A stretch of DNA of 64,000 nt from a virus: positions 1 to 64,000 of the IMG/VR virus record IMGVR_UViG_3300021478_000001, one strand, 5' to 3'. The notes below the pieces were generated by a model. The model was not told where the DNA came from, ran no database searches, and was given only the letters and a program-made list of their open reading frames with translations. The position numbers and the translations under genes were made by a program. This document shows, piece by piece, positions 46,601 through 55,587 of this stretch (its first letter is position 1; every line of letters starts with the position of its first letter).

Positions 46601-47161
46601 ATTGCTTTGGGGGAAGGCTTTTCAGACACCATTGTTATTTCTGGTGCCGGAACTCCTGAAGAAGAAACTGCCGCAGTTGTAGCTGCTCTTAATCGAGGTG
46701 ATGTTACTGGAGCGATTGGCTTTTCTAGAGGTGCTAATGTCCTAGAAAAGGTATTGAAAGATCCTAAGGTAGATCCTAAACTTAAAGAAAGGATTAAGGA
46801 AGTAGTTCTTATTGGTCGTACTCGTAAATATACAACAGGTAAAATTCCCGGCATTAAGACAATTGATATTCCAGAAATAGCTGGGAAGACCCACATGGAA
46901 TTGCCTGGAGAAGTTGCCAGGAAAGTTAAGGAAGAAGTGGAAAGAAGAAAGGCGAGGGATACTATAGATAGTGATGCTAAGAAAAGCAACGGTGTGGGCA
47001 AATCAAAAGTTTCTGGTAAGTTGACTGTGGACGTAGAAGCACCGGCAGGCACTAGAGTGCATGCGGTTGGCACTGGTCCATTTGAAAAGCCTACGATCCA
47101 GCGACGGCATCGGCCGCTGATTTCTCCTGAACCAGTTGTCGCTCCTAGCAATCTAGGTTGA
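43622..47161 (+). CDS. tape measure protein 1 with lysozyme-like, M15-peptidase-like and esterase-like domains
   Basis: Follows the chaperones; helical N-terminus; ALLDTIATRE..AFGRYQ..SPEAQ; RDYATQ..APAGTSRHE..D..PHQQ; GFSRGA. Confidence 0.8.
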   Translation: MADQYEELRLQVNLQDNASTGLVALKKQLDELSRSGIAERFRDQASIFERSMKALGVEATGAAKSLKELAGQYSGLLGGAVAVGFASYKIQENFRNLTGEINETRIAAEELGIAYSELHHINEELSKSGYSVAESTKLAAQVENAMYEARKHRVSQMFQDLITMTARPDIMLTFRKELAESKDTADGIAAFLRMNKAASDSIAKNNVDADKHRIATDSARARERLNQAAGVTIDLNRVRDIGKETEEEKARNEALAASVKTLNEQWAATEVNLTRIRDVILLPIISEGSVFSNFVKGGAKTTDEIATKMEAWQAGLKGSFWDFFKIPPGIQALVDRLLGISNKGMGGGPQGGAPFGKGGPPFGKEGFKSPPTSPVQTHDMLGPVTKGPELVAPPLKSDLGNDIGINAPILNQKNQNRKWGPMDLMPGSDMLRFSGGGGDQLGYPWNQMRKSTNIEDRRAEGEEFMKRREENTKLLIQVNDRLFALLQPQGDTQSPAFRGLGGLPGLGGRAGPGYGRGPSAAPSAAPSAAPSAAPSVGPSGTRDRGTGPNVTAPLGPPPAGGPLTPEGMALLDTIATREAEPAFKDNKRAGWDVGVGGKSLDVSNPPVNKPGATYSYHGETIDIGGVEMHPHHQYPGWGGFRGGAGTSFAFGRYQETVLTYYENVRRSQKLHPGMKVDGWSPEAQNIRNWDKAQEVYRRNYSKTGVQDLTGDLQKDLEANKGNPEAIGRMSGALSGEWTSAPGGREGSKVTGGKVQYYGATFQKMLEAQTKVPATAKGAPGGGLGQLGRAAASPSPVGDATLQENVKFLEERGGHSEINRKSGPIGATGQINPEFIARMVAAGKDYEKETGKKAVFGEFDRDYATQQYYRSEYLRTHQGLAAPAGTSRHEHAERGAGDLPTSDFRTWMEANREKYGIEGLPGHAGVVDRPHQQMSRIYKGPSFYHPTAATAKSPADQAPTTAPSTNRGVAILPQGIEARYGGHDPKEVAQSLRDIALGEGFSDTIVISGAGTPEEETAAVVAALNRGDVTGAIGFSRGANVLEKVLKDPKVDPKLKERIKEVVLIGRTRKYTTGKIPGIKTIDIPEIAGKTHMELPGEVARKVKEEVERRKARDTIDSDAKKSNGVGKSKVSGKLTVDVEAPAGTRVHAVGTGPFEKPTIQRRHRPLISPEPVVAPSNLG
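45173..45227 (+). repeat. 12-bp tandem repeat (PSAA) within tape measure 1
   Basis: CCAAGTGCTGCG x4 plus a partial copy. Confidence 0.95.
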
Positions 47162-47163
47162 TC

Positions 47164-49584
47164 ATGGCTGAGTTTGAAGAATTACGAATTGTAGTTTCTT
47201 TAACGGATCAGGCGTCGACTGGATTCAACAGCTTTAAGAAATCTATATCTGAATTTACCAGTGGTCAGCCAGCACAGCATCTGGAAAATTTCAAAAGACA
47301 TAACACATTGCTCACTCAACTTCTTAAGGCAACTGGTCTTGAAGCGACTGGCACATCTAAAGCTTTTATAGATTTGACTTCCAAGTTTGCTTTGAGTGCT
47401 GGCGTTATAGGTGCGCTTGGATACGCTCTGTATAAGACCACGAGCATTGTAGCTGATGCAGCTAAAGGGATTGTTGATCAAGCTAATAAATTGAAAGCTT
47501 TAGGTATTCCATATTCTGAGGGCAGGAACATTATTGAGCAATATGCTTTAGTGAATATAGAAGCTAATAAAACTATTGAAGATATTCAGGCAGCAAATCA
47601 ATTACAATTTGAAGCGCGTAAGGCGCATCATAGTGAGATGTTTGATCAACTGCGGCAGCTGGTGTTTAATGATCCGTATGTTAAAGATTTTCAAATACAA
47701 TTGCAAAATGCGAAAACGCAAGTCGAACTACAGAATGTGATTGTAGAAGGCCAAGAAAAATTTTCTGAACTTTCCAATAAGTATTATCATTCAGATGATG
47801 AGGCTACACAGAAAAGAACTAATGCTCAAACTAGAGCTCGATTCCGTGCGATAGTTGGTTTGAATGAAGAGTTTGACCGCGCAGTTAGAATTAAGGAAAT
47901 TGATAAGGATCGTGCTGCGTCTTTGGAAAAATTGAATACTGAAGCTCAAAAATTTACAAGATTGTGGAATGAGACTGCGGTAAATCTTGAAAGAATTGGT
48001 GGGGTGCTGGAAGGTGCAGCTATCCAGCAATTACTTCCACTGTTGCAGAGCGCCAAAGATCTAACCGGGGCCATTTTCCAATTGGTGACTGAAGGTTTTT
48101 CTGCTCTGAAAGATAAGAATTTTTGGGAGTCAATGATCAGTGGTGCTGATGTTGCTCGGTATGGAGGCTATGTATTGGGAGGTCCAGGAGCTATTTTGGG
48201 AGGAGTGGCAACCGAGGCCATACGGAATAGATTTAAGCAGCCTTCATCACAGTCGCCATCTAATTTTGGTCTTGATCAAGCACAGCCATTTTTAGGAATT
48301 CCTGGAGGAACAGAGAACGATAAGATCAATGATAATACTCGTGAGTTGAAAAGACTTAATGATAATCTCTATATTCTGTTGCATCCTGAAGTAATGAAGA
48401 ATAGTGGAACGGTATCTCCTGCTTCACAGCAAGTTCCGATTCCCGGCTTGCAACATGGTGGCATTGTTACTAAGCCGACAATTGCTATGATAGGTGAGGC
48501 TGGACCGGAAGCTGTTGTGCCGTTGCCACGTGGAAGACCAATCGGTCTAGGAGGAGATCCTGCGGTAGCTTGGCAAGAACTTCATGATCGTCTTATTAAA
48601 AATCCGAATGAAGCAGGAGCTTTAAGTTATTCTGAACGACCAATTTTGCCGGGCGAAAAAGGTATGCATTCAGAAATGGATCTTATGACTGGACCAGGGA
48701 TGTTTCCTGGGGGCGGTTCTATCTATCAACATTTGAAAGATGTAGAAAAGGGTATGGAAATGCAATTTGCAAGACCTAATGCAGATGATTATGTTTCTAC
48801 AAATCCAAGATTTGCACCTCATGATTTGCGTTTGCAACATGGCGGTATAGTTGATAAACCAACTACTGCATTGATAGGTGAAGCTGGTCCAGAAGCAGTT
48901 ATACCTTTACGGGATGCTAGGGCTCGTTATGCTGCTGAGATGTTAAAAGATCCAGCATTACGGGATCGGTTTATTTCTTTTGCTGAAGCAGAAACTGGCG
49001 GCCAAGGTAGAGGTGCTGCACAAGCTTGGATGGAAAGCACTTTAAATCGAGCAGCTTCACGTGATCAAACACTTTCAAGAGCGTTGAGTTCAGGGTCTGG
49101 TTATTGGCCACCACGAACTTTAGGAATAGGTGCGCAAACACCAACTGATAAGCAGCGTGATTATTATGATCCTGGTCTTGAATATGCTTTGGGTGGATCT
49201 AACATTTCAAGATTAGCTACAGGAAACGCTAGTAGTTCTGTTGGATTCGCAGGAGGTCCTGAAACATCACGAGTAGTATCTTCAAAAGGAAAAACTCTAG
49301 AACGTTTTGGTACTGAAGGCCGTGATATTGGATGGGCCAATAGGGAACGGATTGCAATATCTTTGCAAGATGTTCGTTCTACTATAGACACTGCATCTAG
49401 ATCGCCAGATATAGAAGCAGCGGGACATATCAAGGTGCAAGTCGGAGAGAGTGGTGGAAGATCAACTCCATTAGAAACATTATTCAAGCCAGTTCCGGAA
49501 GAACAAAAAGTACAGATGACCCCAGCTTCTGTGGGGCCATCAGAGCGTACACGCTCTGCGCCACCTTCTTTAGCAAACAGGTAA
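47164..49584 (+). CDS. tape measure-like protein 2 (paralogue)
   Basis: MAEFEELRIVVSLTDQASTG resembles the TMP1 start; two GGIV.KPT.A.IGEAGPEAV.PL motifs; AEAETGGQG...ESTLNRA. Confidence 0.8.
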   Translation: MAEFEELRIVVSLTDQASTGFNSFKKSISEFTSGQPAQHLENFKRHNTLLTQLLKATGLEATGTSKAFIDLTSKFALSAGVIGALGYALYKTTSIVADAAKGIVDQANKLKALGIPYSEGRNIIEQYALVNIEANKTIEDIQAANQLQFEARKAHHSEMFDQLRQLVFNDPYVKDFQIQLQNAKTQVELQNVIVEGQEKFSELSNKYYHSDDEATQKRTNAQTRARFRAIVGLNEEFDRAVRIKEIDKDRAASLEKLNTEAQKFTRLWNETAVNLERIGGVLEGAAIQQLLPLLQSAKDLTGAIFQLVTEGFSALKDKNFWESMISGADVARYGGYVLGGPGAILGGVATEAIRNRFKQPSSQSPSNFGLDQAQPFLGIPGGTENDKINDNTRELKRLNDNLYILLHPEVMKNSGTVSPASQQVPIPGLQHGGIVTKPTIAMIGEAGPEAVVPLPRGRPIGLGGDPAVAWQELHDRLIKNPNEAGALSYSERPILPGEKGMHSEMDLMTGPGMFPGGGSIYQHLKDVEKGMEMQFARPNADDYVSTNPRFAPHDLRLQHGGIVDKPTTALIGEAGPEAVIPLRDARARYAAEMLKDPALRDRFISFAEAETGGQGRGAAQAWMESTLNRAASRDQTLSRALSSGSGYWPPRTLGIGAQTPTDKQRDYYDPGLEYALGGSNISRLATGNASSSVGFAGGPETSRVVSSKGKTLERFGTEGRDIGWANRERIAISLQDVRSTIDTASRSPDIEAAGHIKVQVGESGGRSTPLETLFKPVPEEQKVQMTPASVGPSERTRSAPPSLANR

Positions 49585-49588
49585 AAAG

Positions 49589-50170
49589 ATGGGTACGATC
49601 TTAGATTTATCAGATCGCGCTAAATTCAAGGGTCAGCCAGGAACAATATGGCGCGATGAATTGTTGCCAGCCTCATTTCGTGGTCAACAGTTTCATTGTG
49701 AGAGTTCCAGCAAAACTGGTGGAAGACATATTGTGGTTCATGAGTTTCCAAAGCGTGATATTCCTTATGCAGAAGACATGGGTCGTAAGCCTAAAGAATT
49801 TACTGTTCGCGGTTATTGCATAGTGTATCCTTTCACTTCTCCCAAATATAATCTGTATAATCGGGATTATCGGGTGCCGCGCGATTCATTGCTGGGAGTG
49901 CTGGACGATGGTCAGCCTGGAGTTTTGCAGCTGCCAACGTGGCCAGCACTCTATGTTCGTTGTTCCAATTATCGTTTGACGGAAGAGGAAAAGCTTGGTG
50001 GCTATTGTGTGTTCGATATGTCGTTTGTTGAATATGGTTATCAACCAGGAGTGTCAGGACCAGACACAAGTGCGTTGCTGGCAGCGGCCAGTCAGCTCTT
50101 GAAACAGCGAGTCAAGACTGTATTGTCGATAAATCCTCATGCGACTCCAGGTATTCATCCGGGGCTATAG
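49589..50170 (+). CDS. Mu gpN-like DNA circularisation protein, N-terminal domain
   Basis: WRDELLPASFRG..F, GRHIVVHEFPKRD.PYAEDMGR, PGVLQLP, FVEYG. Confidence 0.88.
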   Translation: MGTILDLSDRAKFKGQPGTIWRDELLPASFRGQQFHCESSSKTGGRHIVVHEFPKRDIPYAEDMGRKPKEFTVRGYCIVYPFTSPKYNLYNRDYRVPRDSLLGVLDDGQPGVLQLPTWPALYVRCSNYRLTEEEKLGGYCVFDMSFVEYGYQPGVSGPDTSALLAAASQLLKQRVKTVLSINPHATPGIHPGL

Positions 50171-50842
50171 ATGCAATCAGAAGATTCAAAAGAAGCTAAC
50201 AAGATAATCCAAACATTGTTGGATGATCTATCTACATGTATTTCCCAGAAAGGCCAGAGTGGCATTGATGCACGAACCGCCATTGGTGATTTAAAGATTC
50301 AAGCTTTAGTTCTGCTGAGTCAGGATGCTATAGGGCCGCAGTTATTGAATTGTTTTGATCTTGTTGTTCAAGCTGGAGCATTGCGCACACAGATTGATTG
50401 GGTCAGGATGAGGTTGAGTACAATTCCTGTGCCAGTGACAGTGGGCGCAACCATGGTGCAGAATAGCTGTATCGCCCTTTGCTTGGCGACTGAAGCTGAT
50501 ATTATTGGAGCTATGACTTTTACTAGTTTTCAGGATGTTGAAACAGTGATTGATTCACTGCAAGAACCTTTTCAGGATGCCATTGAATCAGCTGCTGATG
50601 AAATGGATCAGGCAACTTATCAAGCATTGTTAAGTCTGGCTTCTACTTTGGTGAATTTCCTGGTGACAACTGCACGCCCATTGCCACGGATGATCAACTA
50701 TCAGTTTACTGACACATTGCCGAGTTTGGTTATTGCTCATCGTTTGTATGCAGATTCTAGCCGTGCTGATGAAATTCGTCAGGAGAACAAGATTGTGCAT
50801 CCGGCATTCTGTCCTAGGCAAGGTAGAGCGTTGTCGAGTTGA
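50171..50842 (+). CDS. Mu gpN-like protein, C-terminal part
   Basis: LPSLVIAHRLYADSSRADEI..ENKIVHPAF. Confidence 0.8.
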   Translation: MQSEDSKEANKIIQTLLDDLSTCISQKGQSGIDARTAIGDLKIQALVLLSQDAIGPQLLNCFDLVVQAGALRTQIDWVRMRLSTIPVPVTVGATMVQNSCIALCLATEADIIGAMTFTSFQDVETVIDSLQEPFQDAIESAADEMDQATYQALLSLASTLVNFLVTTARPLPRMINYQFTDTLPSLVIAHRLYADSSRADEIRQENKIVHPAFCPRQGRALSS

Positions 50843-50845
50843 GCA

Positions 50846-52018
50846 ATGCCTGCACCTGTTATTGTTCCACGCCCTACGTTGCTGCCTATCGATGCGCCGA
50901 ATGCGGAACTAGCAGTTCTCAAAATTGGAGGCAATGAGTTTAAGGATTGGGAATCTGTCTGGGTTCAGACACGTTGGATGCATGCTTGGGACTATTGTCG
51001 GTTTGCTGCTACGGAACGCCGCGGTGATAGTGTTGTAGATTGGACGTTTAATCAAATCAGACCATGCGATCAGGTTATGGTGCAATTGGCTGGTCAATTA
51101 GTTATGAGTGGAACTGTTACTGAACGGCAAGTTGCTTATGATGTGAATAATCACGGGATACAGATACTGGCCAAAGGTTCCACGAAGTGGGGCTACATGT
51201 CCAGCGTCAATACGAAGACTGGTAGTTTTGATAACATGTCGTTTGAAGATATAGCTAAAATGGTTTTGACACCGTATCTATCTGGGAATACTATTGAGAT
51301 TGTCGGCAAGTTAAATCCGCTGCCTTTTCTGAAAGTGCAATGCCAGAAAGGTGAGTCATGCTGGGATTTCCTTGAGCGTTTAGCCCGTGTTCGCGGTATA
51401 GTTATAGGTTCCAATGAGAAAGGTGATTATGTTTTTGTTGGTGATCATTTTTCATCACCAGTAGCTACATTGAAAGAAGGGTTCAATATTAAGAATATGC
51501 AGTGCAGCATTAATGTCGATGATAATTATGTGATGTATGAAGCAGTCGGTCAGCAAGGATCAAGCGGCAATGGAACTGCCGGTGCAGATGCGCAAGATAT
51601 GGTGGCGCATTGGGGCGGAAGTGGTTGTAGGACAAGCTTGTTATCAACTCCAGCAGAAGAACCTGTAACATGGCCAGAATTACAAGACCGCGCTAAGAAT
51701 GATGCAAAGTGGAACGAGGCGGCGCGTGTTACTGCTACTGCTATTGTCTATGGCTGGATGTGGGCTCCTGGTCAACTGTGGCGCGTAGGGCAAAGCGTAT
51801 GGGTAGATAGTCCGATGTGTCCGTTGAATCAAAAAATGATGTTGCAACGTGTCACATATGAGCAGGATAGAAACAAGGGGACTATCACCACGTTGGATCT
51901 GGTGCTGCCTTGGATGTTGAATGATATAGATACCAATCTTGGACCATTCGCATTTCAGCCACCATCAGAACCAACCGCAGCACAGCTACAAGAGTTCAAC
52001 GAAGCATTTGGTTTATAA
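50846..52018 (+). CDS. baseplate hub (Mu gp44/gpP-like)
   Basis: FKDWESVWV, GESCWDFLERLARVRG, LKEGFNIK, GQLWRVG, GTITTLDL. Confidence 0.88.
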   Translation: MPAPVIVPRPTLLPIDAPNAELAVLKIGGNEFKDWESVWVQTRWMHAWDYCRFAATERRGDSVVDWTFNQIRPCDQVMVQLAGQLVMSGTVTERQVAYDVNNHGIQILAKGSTKWGYMSSVNTKTGSFDNMSFEDIAKMVLTPYLSGNTIEIVGKLNPLPFLKVQCQKGESCWDFLERLARVRGIVIGSNEKGDYVFVGDHFSSPVATLKEGFNIKNMQCSINVDDNYVMYEAVGQQGSSGNGTAGADAQDMVAHWGGSGCRTSLLSTPAEEPVTWPELQDRAKNDAKWNEAARVTATAIVYGWMWAPGQLWRVGQSVWVDSPMCPLNQKMMLQRVTYEQDRNKGTITTLDLVLPWMLNDIDTNLGPFAFQPPSEPTAAQLQEFNEAFGL

Positions 52019-52029
52019 GGAAAAGAACC

Positions 52030-52971
52030 ATGCACCGCGCTACACCTTCACAATCATCGTTTCGTGGTTATTCATCTGGTGGCAGCCGATCGGTTGTCGG
52101 TGAAGTCGACGATACCAAATTCATGCAAGAGATGGCCGGAAACTTCATGCATAATGAAGCACGCAAGGCTGTTGAAGCTGCGCAGAATTTTGGTTTCACT
52201 TCGGTTACGATGGATGCTATTAAGAGTGCACTTGGAAAGATTGTGGGCAGTGCGGAAACATTTATGAGTTTCATGGGAGGCAATCGAGGATTCCCGGCCG
52301 CTGGCAATATTGATGACCGTCGTCATCGCATGATGGGATTGGAAAAAGGTGAAGCTGGGATGTTTGGCACTCAGGGCATGATGCAACAAATTCATTCGGC
52401 CATTGATGGATTGTTTCATAGCGTGCCAAACGATAAGACTATGCGCATGGCGCTGCTTGATGATAGCAGTCAGAAAGATATGACTACTGCAACATTCCAA
52501 CAAGAAGCTCTTTTACCTGAAATGAATGTTGAGCATGTTGATCGTCGAGGTATCCGTTACAAATTTCGTAGAGTATTTCCACGTAGTATTACCAACTATT
52601 ATGACATTGTGCCTTTTGATTCTGGAGGTGCCTCTGGAGGTGCTGGCGCTGGAGGTGGTGCCACAGATGGCATGAAGATGGGCCAACAATCTCTTAAAGA
52701 TAAGAACAAGAAGGCGAGTATATTTTTTGATTTCTCCAAAGACAGTACAAGAGCAGCGGGCAAGATTGTTCAATTGATTGTAGCAGGGAGTGGAAGTAGT
52801 GGAAGCAGCAAAGATGGAGGTAGTGGAAGCAGTGGCAGTCAAGGAACTACTTTAGCTCAAGCTCATTCTGATGGAAAATTCTATTGTGGTGGAGATCCTT
52901 CGAAAGGAAAGTATGCTCTTATTGTGACACTGAAGGGACCTACTAAGAACGTTCCTGGAAAGATCGGCTAA
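52030..52971 (+). CDS. baseplate spike (Mu gp45-like)
   Basis: VDDTKFMQ, QNFGFTSV, GGNRGFP, DDRRHRMMGLEKGE. Confidence 0.85.
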   Translation: MHRATPSQSSFRGYSSGGSRSVVGEVDDTKFMQEMAGNFMHNEARKAVEAAQNFGFTSVTMDAIKSALGKIVGSAETFMSFMGGNRGFPAAGNIDDRRHRMMGLEKGEAGMFGTQGMMQQIHSAIDGLFHSVPNDKTMRMALLDDSSQKDMTTATFQQEALLPEMNVEHVDRRGIRYKFRRVFPRSITNYYDIVPFDSGGASGGAGAGGGATDGMKMGQQSLKDKNKKASIFFDFSKDSTRAAGKIVQLIVAGSGSSGSSKDGGSGSSGSQGTTLAQAHSDGKFYCGGDPSKGKYALIVTLKGPTKNVPGKIG

Positions 52972-53174
52972 TGGGCACTATATTAATGGCGCGAAACGGC
53001 AAGAAGTTGCTGTGTGATATATGTAAGACGCCGCATGAGATTTTGGTAAGCAATACCTTGCGTTATCCAACATGGCATGTCTGTGGTTGGTGTTTTGAAA
53101 AAGTAGATGCTTTGGCTGCTCGTGAAGGTCGCTGGCCAGAAGCTAAAGATTTCTTGAGGTTGGCCAATGGTTAG
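52971..53174 (+). CDS. small Zn-binding protein
   Basis: CDIC...CGWC, coupled to both neighbours. Confidence 0.55.
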   Translation: MGTILMARNGKKLLCDICKTPHEILVSNTLRYPTWHVCGWCFEKVDALAAREGRWPEAKDFLRLANG

Positions 53175-53712
53175 TCCTGTCCCAGACATTCGGCTCAATC
53201 AGAGCTTTGTTCCACCTTACTATAATGTTTCTATAGATTGGGTCCTGCTGCAAGATGGAACGTTGGACGATACGCAAGCATTGGCCACTGCGATTGTTGT
53301 GGCACTTGGGACTGATGCACTTGCCGATTTAGATGATCAATTACCAGATCCAGATTCTACAGACCGCGCTGGATGGTGGGGTGACTTTGAGTCTGACATT
53401 ATTTGGAATGCATGGCCTATAGGCTGTAAGCTGTGGCTTATGCGCCGCGCTGCCATCGAGAGCGTCCAGGCAGGTCAAGGCGCAACTACTGTACGAATTA
53501 GAAACTACATATACGATGCTATTCAGCCATTCGTGGATAATAGAATTATTTCTTCTTTTGATGCTTATGTAGAGCGTGCAGATAGACAAACAATCGTTAG
53601 TCGTATTCGTATTTTCAAGGGGCCAACACCAGTGATTGATATGCGCTACACCATTGCTTGGGATGAACTACAAGCAAATCAACAAGCAAATCCATCTCCT
53701 ATGGGATTCTAA
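53167..53712 (+). CDS. baseplate protein (Mu gp46-like)
   Basis: LATAIVVALGTD, RAGWWGD, IGCKLWLMRR. Confidence 0.88.
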   Translation: MVSPVPDIRLNQSFVPPYYNVSIDWVLLQDGTLDDTQALATAIVVALGTDALADLDDQLPDPDSTDRAGWWGDFESDIIWNAWPIGCKLWLMRRAAIESVQAGQGATTVRIRNYIYDAIQPFVDNRIISSFDAYVERADRQTIVSRIRIFKGPTPVIDMRYTIAWDELQANQQANPSPMGF

Positions 53713-53715
53713 ATC

Positions 53716-54825
53716 ATGCCTTGGGCAACTCCTACACTGCGAGATGTACGCACTCTAGTGCGTGACAGTATTCGGGCTTTCTTACCTGGAAGTGATGCGA
53801 CACCACAAAATTCAGTGCTCCGCGTGCTTAGTGACGCGCAAGGTGCGCTGACACATTTGACACTGCAATATATAGATTGGTTAGCGCTTCAACTATTGCC
53901 TGATACAGCTGAGGAAGAATGGTTGGATCGGCATGGTCAAATCTGGCTGGTTAATTCAGACGGTACGACCGGGCGCAAGCTTGCTACCTTGGCGTCTGGC
54001 ACTTGCGCATTCACAGCGCTCGCCACTGGCAATGGCGTTATTCCAATGTTTTCACAACTTACTGGAGCTAATAATATTCTTTATGAAACGATTGAAGAAA
54101 TCGCTGTCTTGGCCAATGAAACTTCTTCTGGATTAGTGAGGGCTGTTGATCCAGGAACTATAGGTAATCAAGTAGTCGGTGCAGCTTTGTCTTTTATCAC
54201 TCCTCCAGTAAACATTTTCGCAATTGCATTTGTTGAGACTATGCAAGGCGGTATAGATCAAGAAACTACTGAAGAACTTAGAAGCAGAGTTTTGGAGCGT
54301 ATTAGAAAACCACCGATGGGTGGTGATAAAGATGATTATGAAGAATGGGCGTTGGCTGTGCCTGGAGTTACCAGAGCATGGTGCAGCCCATTAGAAATGG
54401 GGATTGGTACAATTACTGTTAGATTTATGATGGATGATGTGAATGCTGACAATGGTGGATTTCCAACAGGTTTTGATATTCAAGCAGTCACGGCATATCT
54501 CAATACTGTCAGGCCGGTTACTGTTGAAGATTTTTGGGTCGTGGCACCAATTCCTCAACCTATTGATGTTTTCATTTCTCATCTTAATCCAGACACAGAC
54601 ACTATCAGGGCTTTGATACAGACCAGTTTAGAAGACATGATATTCCAAAAATCTGCACCAGGACAGACGATCTTTACGGCTTGGAAGTATTATGCCATCA
54701 TGAACACTCCTGGGGTTATATCATTTGATTTGGAAGATGTTGTAGATGATGTCATGACATCACCTGGTCATTTAGCAGTGCTTGGAGACATCAATTATGC
54801 CAGTGAACCAGTTTCAACTCCTTGA
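53716..54825 (+). CDS. baseplate wedge J-like (Mu gp47)
   Basis: LLPDTAEEEWLDRHG, GGIDQETTEELRSR, PPMGGDKDDYEEWALAVPGVTRAW. Confidence 0.93.
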   Translation: MPWATPTLRDVRTLVRDSIRAFLPGSDATPQNSVLRVLSDAQGALTHLTLQYIDWLALQLLPDTAEEEWLDRHGQIWLVNSDGTTGRKLATLASGTCAFTALATGNGVIPMFSQLTGANNILYETIEEIAVLANETSSGLVRAVDPGTIGNQVVGAALSFITPPVNIFAIAFVETMQGGIDQETTEELRSRVLERIRKPPMGGDKDDYEEWALAVPGVTRAWCSPLEMGIGTITVRFMMDDVNADNGGFPTGFDIQAVTAYLNTVRPVTVEDFWVVAPIPQPIDVFISHLNPDTDTIRALIQTSLEDMIFQKSAPGQTIFTAWKYYAIMNTPGVISFDLEDVVDDVMTSPGHLAVLGDINYASEPVSTP

Positions 54826-55576
54826 TCAGTCAGATAAGCATGTTCGGCGTTCTGGTGATGATTATGCGCGCCAATTTCTAGCTCTATTACCCAAGGGGCA
54901 AGCGTGGCTTAGAAAATATGGTTCTGACTTTGTAGATGGATGCTATGGCCTCATGCAGTATTGGGGCTTTGTTGATGCTCGTGCTGCCGATCTGTTGGAA
55001 CAAGAGTCAGACCCGCGCAAGACTATAGAGCTACTTCGTGATTGGGAAATAGCGTGGGGCTTGCCTGATCCTTGCTTGCAAGAGCCGACATCTATAGATA
55101 CTCGGCGTACTATATTGTTGCAGCGCATGACTTTGCTAGGTGCGCAGTCGCGTGCATGGTTTGCAGAAGTAGCGGCTAGTCTTGGTTACACCATAGCAAT
55201 AGGAGAGTATTCTCCTTGGATATGCGGCATTTCAAGGTGTGGCAATACACCTGTCCATCCTTACGTTTTGTCAGATCCCACATTAAGTCTTGATCCAGAT
55301 GTATTATTTGACATACAAGAAGCAGGACAACTGAGCATGCCACGTTGGCAAATTGCTCCTGCTACGATCAGGTTTTATTGGAAGATCTATGTAGATCAAG
55401 CTAGATTGACTTGGTTTCGTTGTGGTGTTGGTCAATGTGGTGTTGATCCTATGCTGATAATTGGATTGGCAACTGACCTTGAATGTTTGATAGGTCGTTG
55501 GGCACCGGCACATACCAAAATTATCTATGACTACACTAATCTGTCAACTGGCGGCTCGATGGCGGGCACTCCATAG
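54797..55576 (+). CDS. baseplate protein (Mu gp48/YmfQ-like)
   Basis: LALLPKGQAW, ESDPRKTIELLRDWE..WGLPD.C, LECLIGRWAPAHT. Confidence 0.88.
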   Translation: MPVNQFQLLDQSDKHVRRSGDDYARQFLALLPKGQAWLRKYGSDFVDGCYGLMQYWGFVDARAADLLEQESDPRKTIELLRDWEIAWGLPDPCLQEPTSIDTRRTILLQRMTLLGAQSRAWFAEVAASLGYTIAIGEYSPWICGISRCGNTPVHPYVLSDPTLSLDPDVLFDIQEAGQLSMPRWQIAPATIRFYWKIYVDQARLTWFRCGVGQCGVDPMLIIGLATDLECLIGRWAPAHTKIIYDYTNLSTGGSMAGTP

Positions 55577-55587
55577 AGGAAAATCCA

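Noticed and set aside
50168-50170. Genome-wide TAG recoding
   Set aside because: Conserved genes are uninterrupted in the standard code and other TAG stops end genes normally; no suppressor tRNA seen
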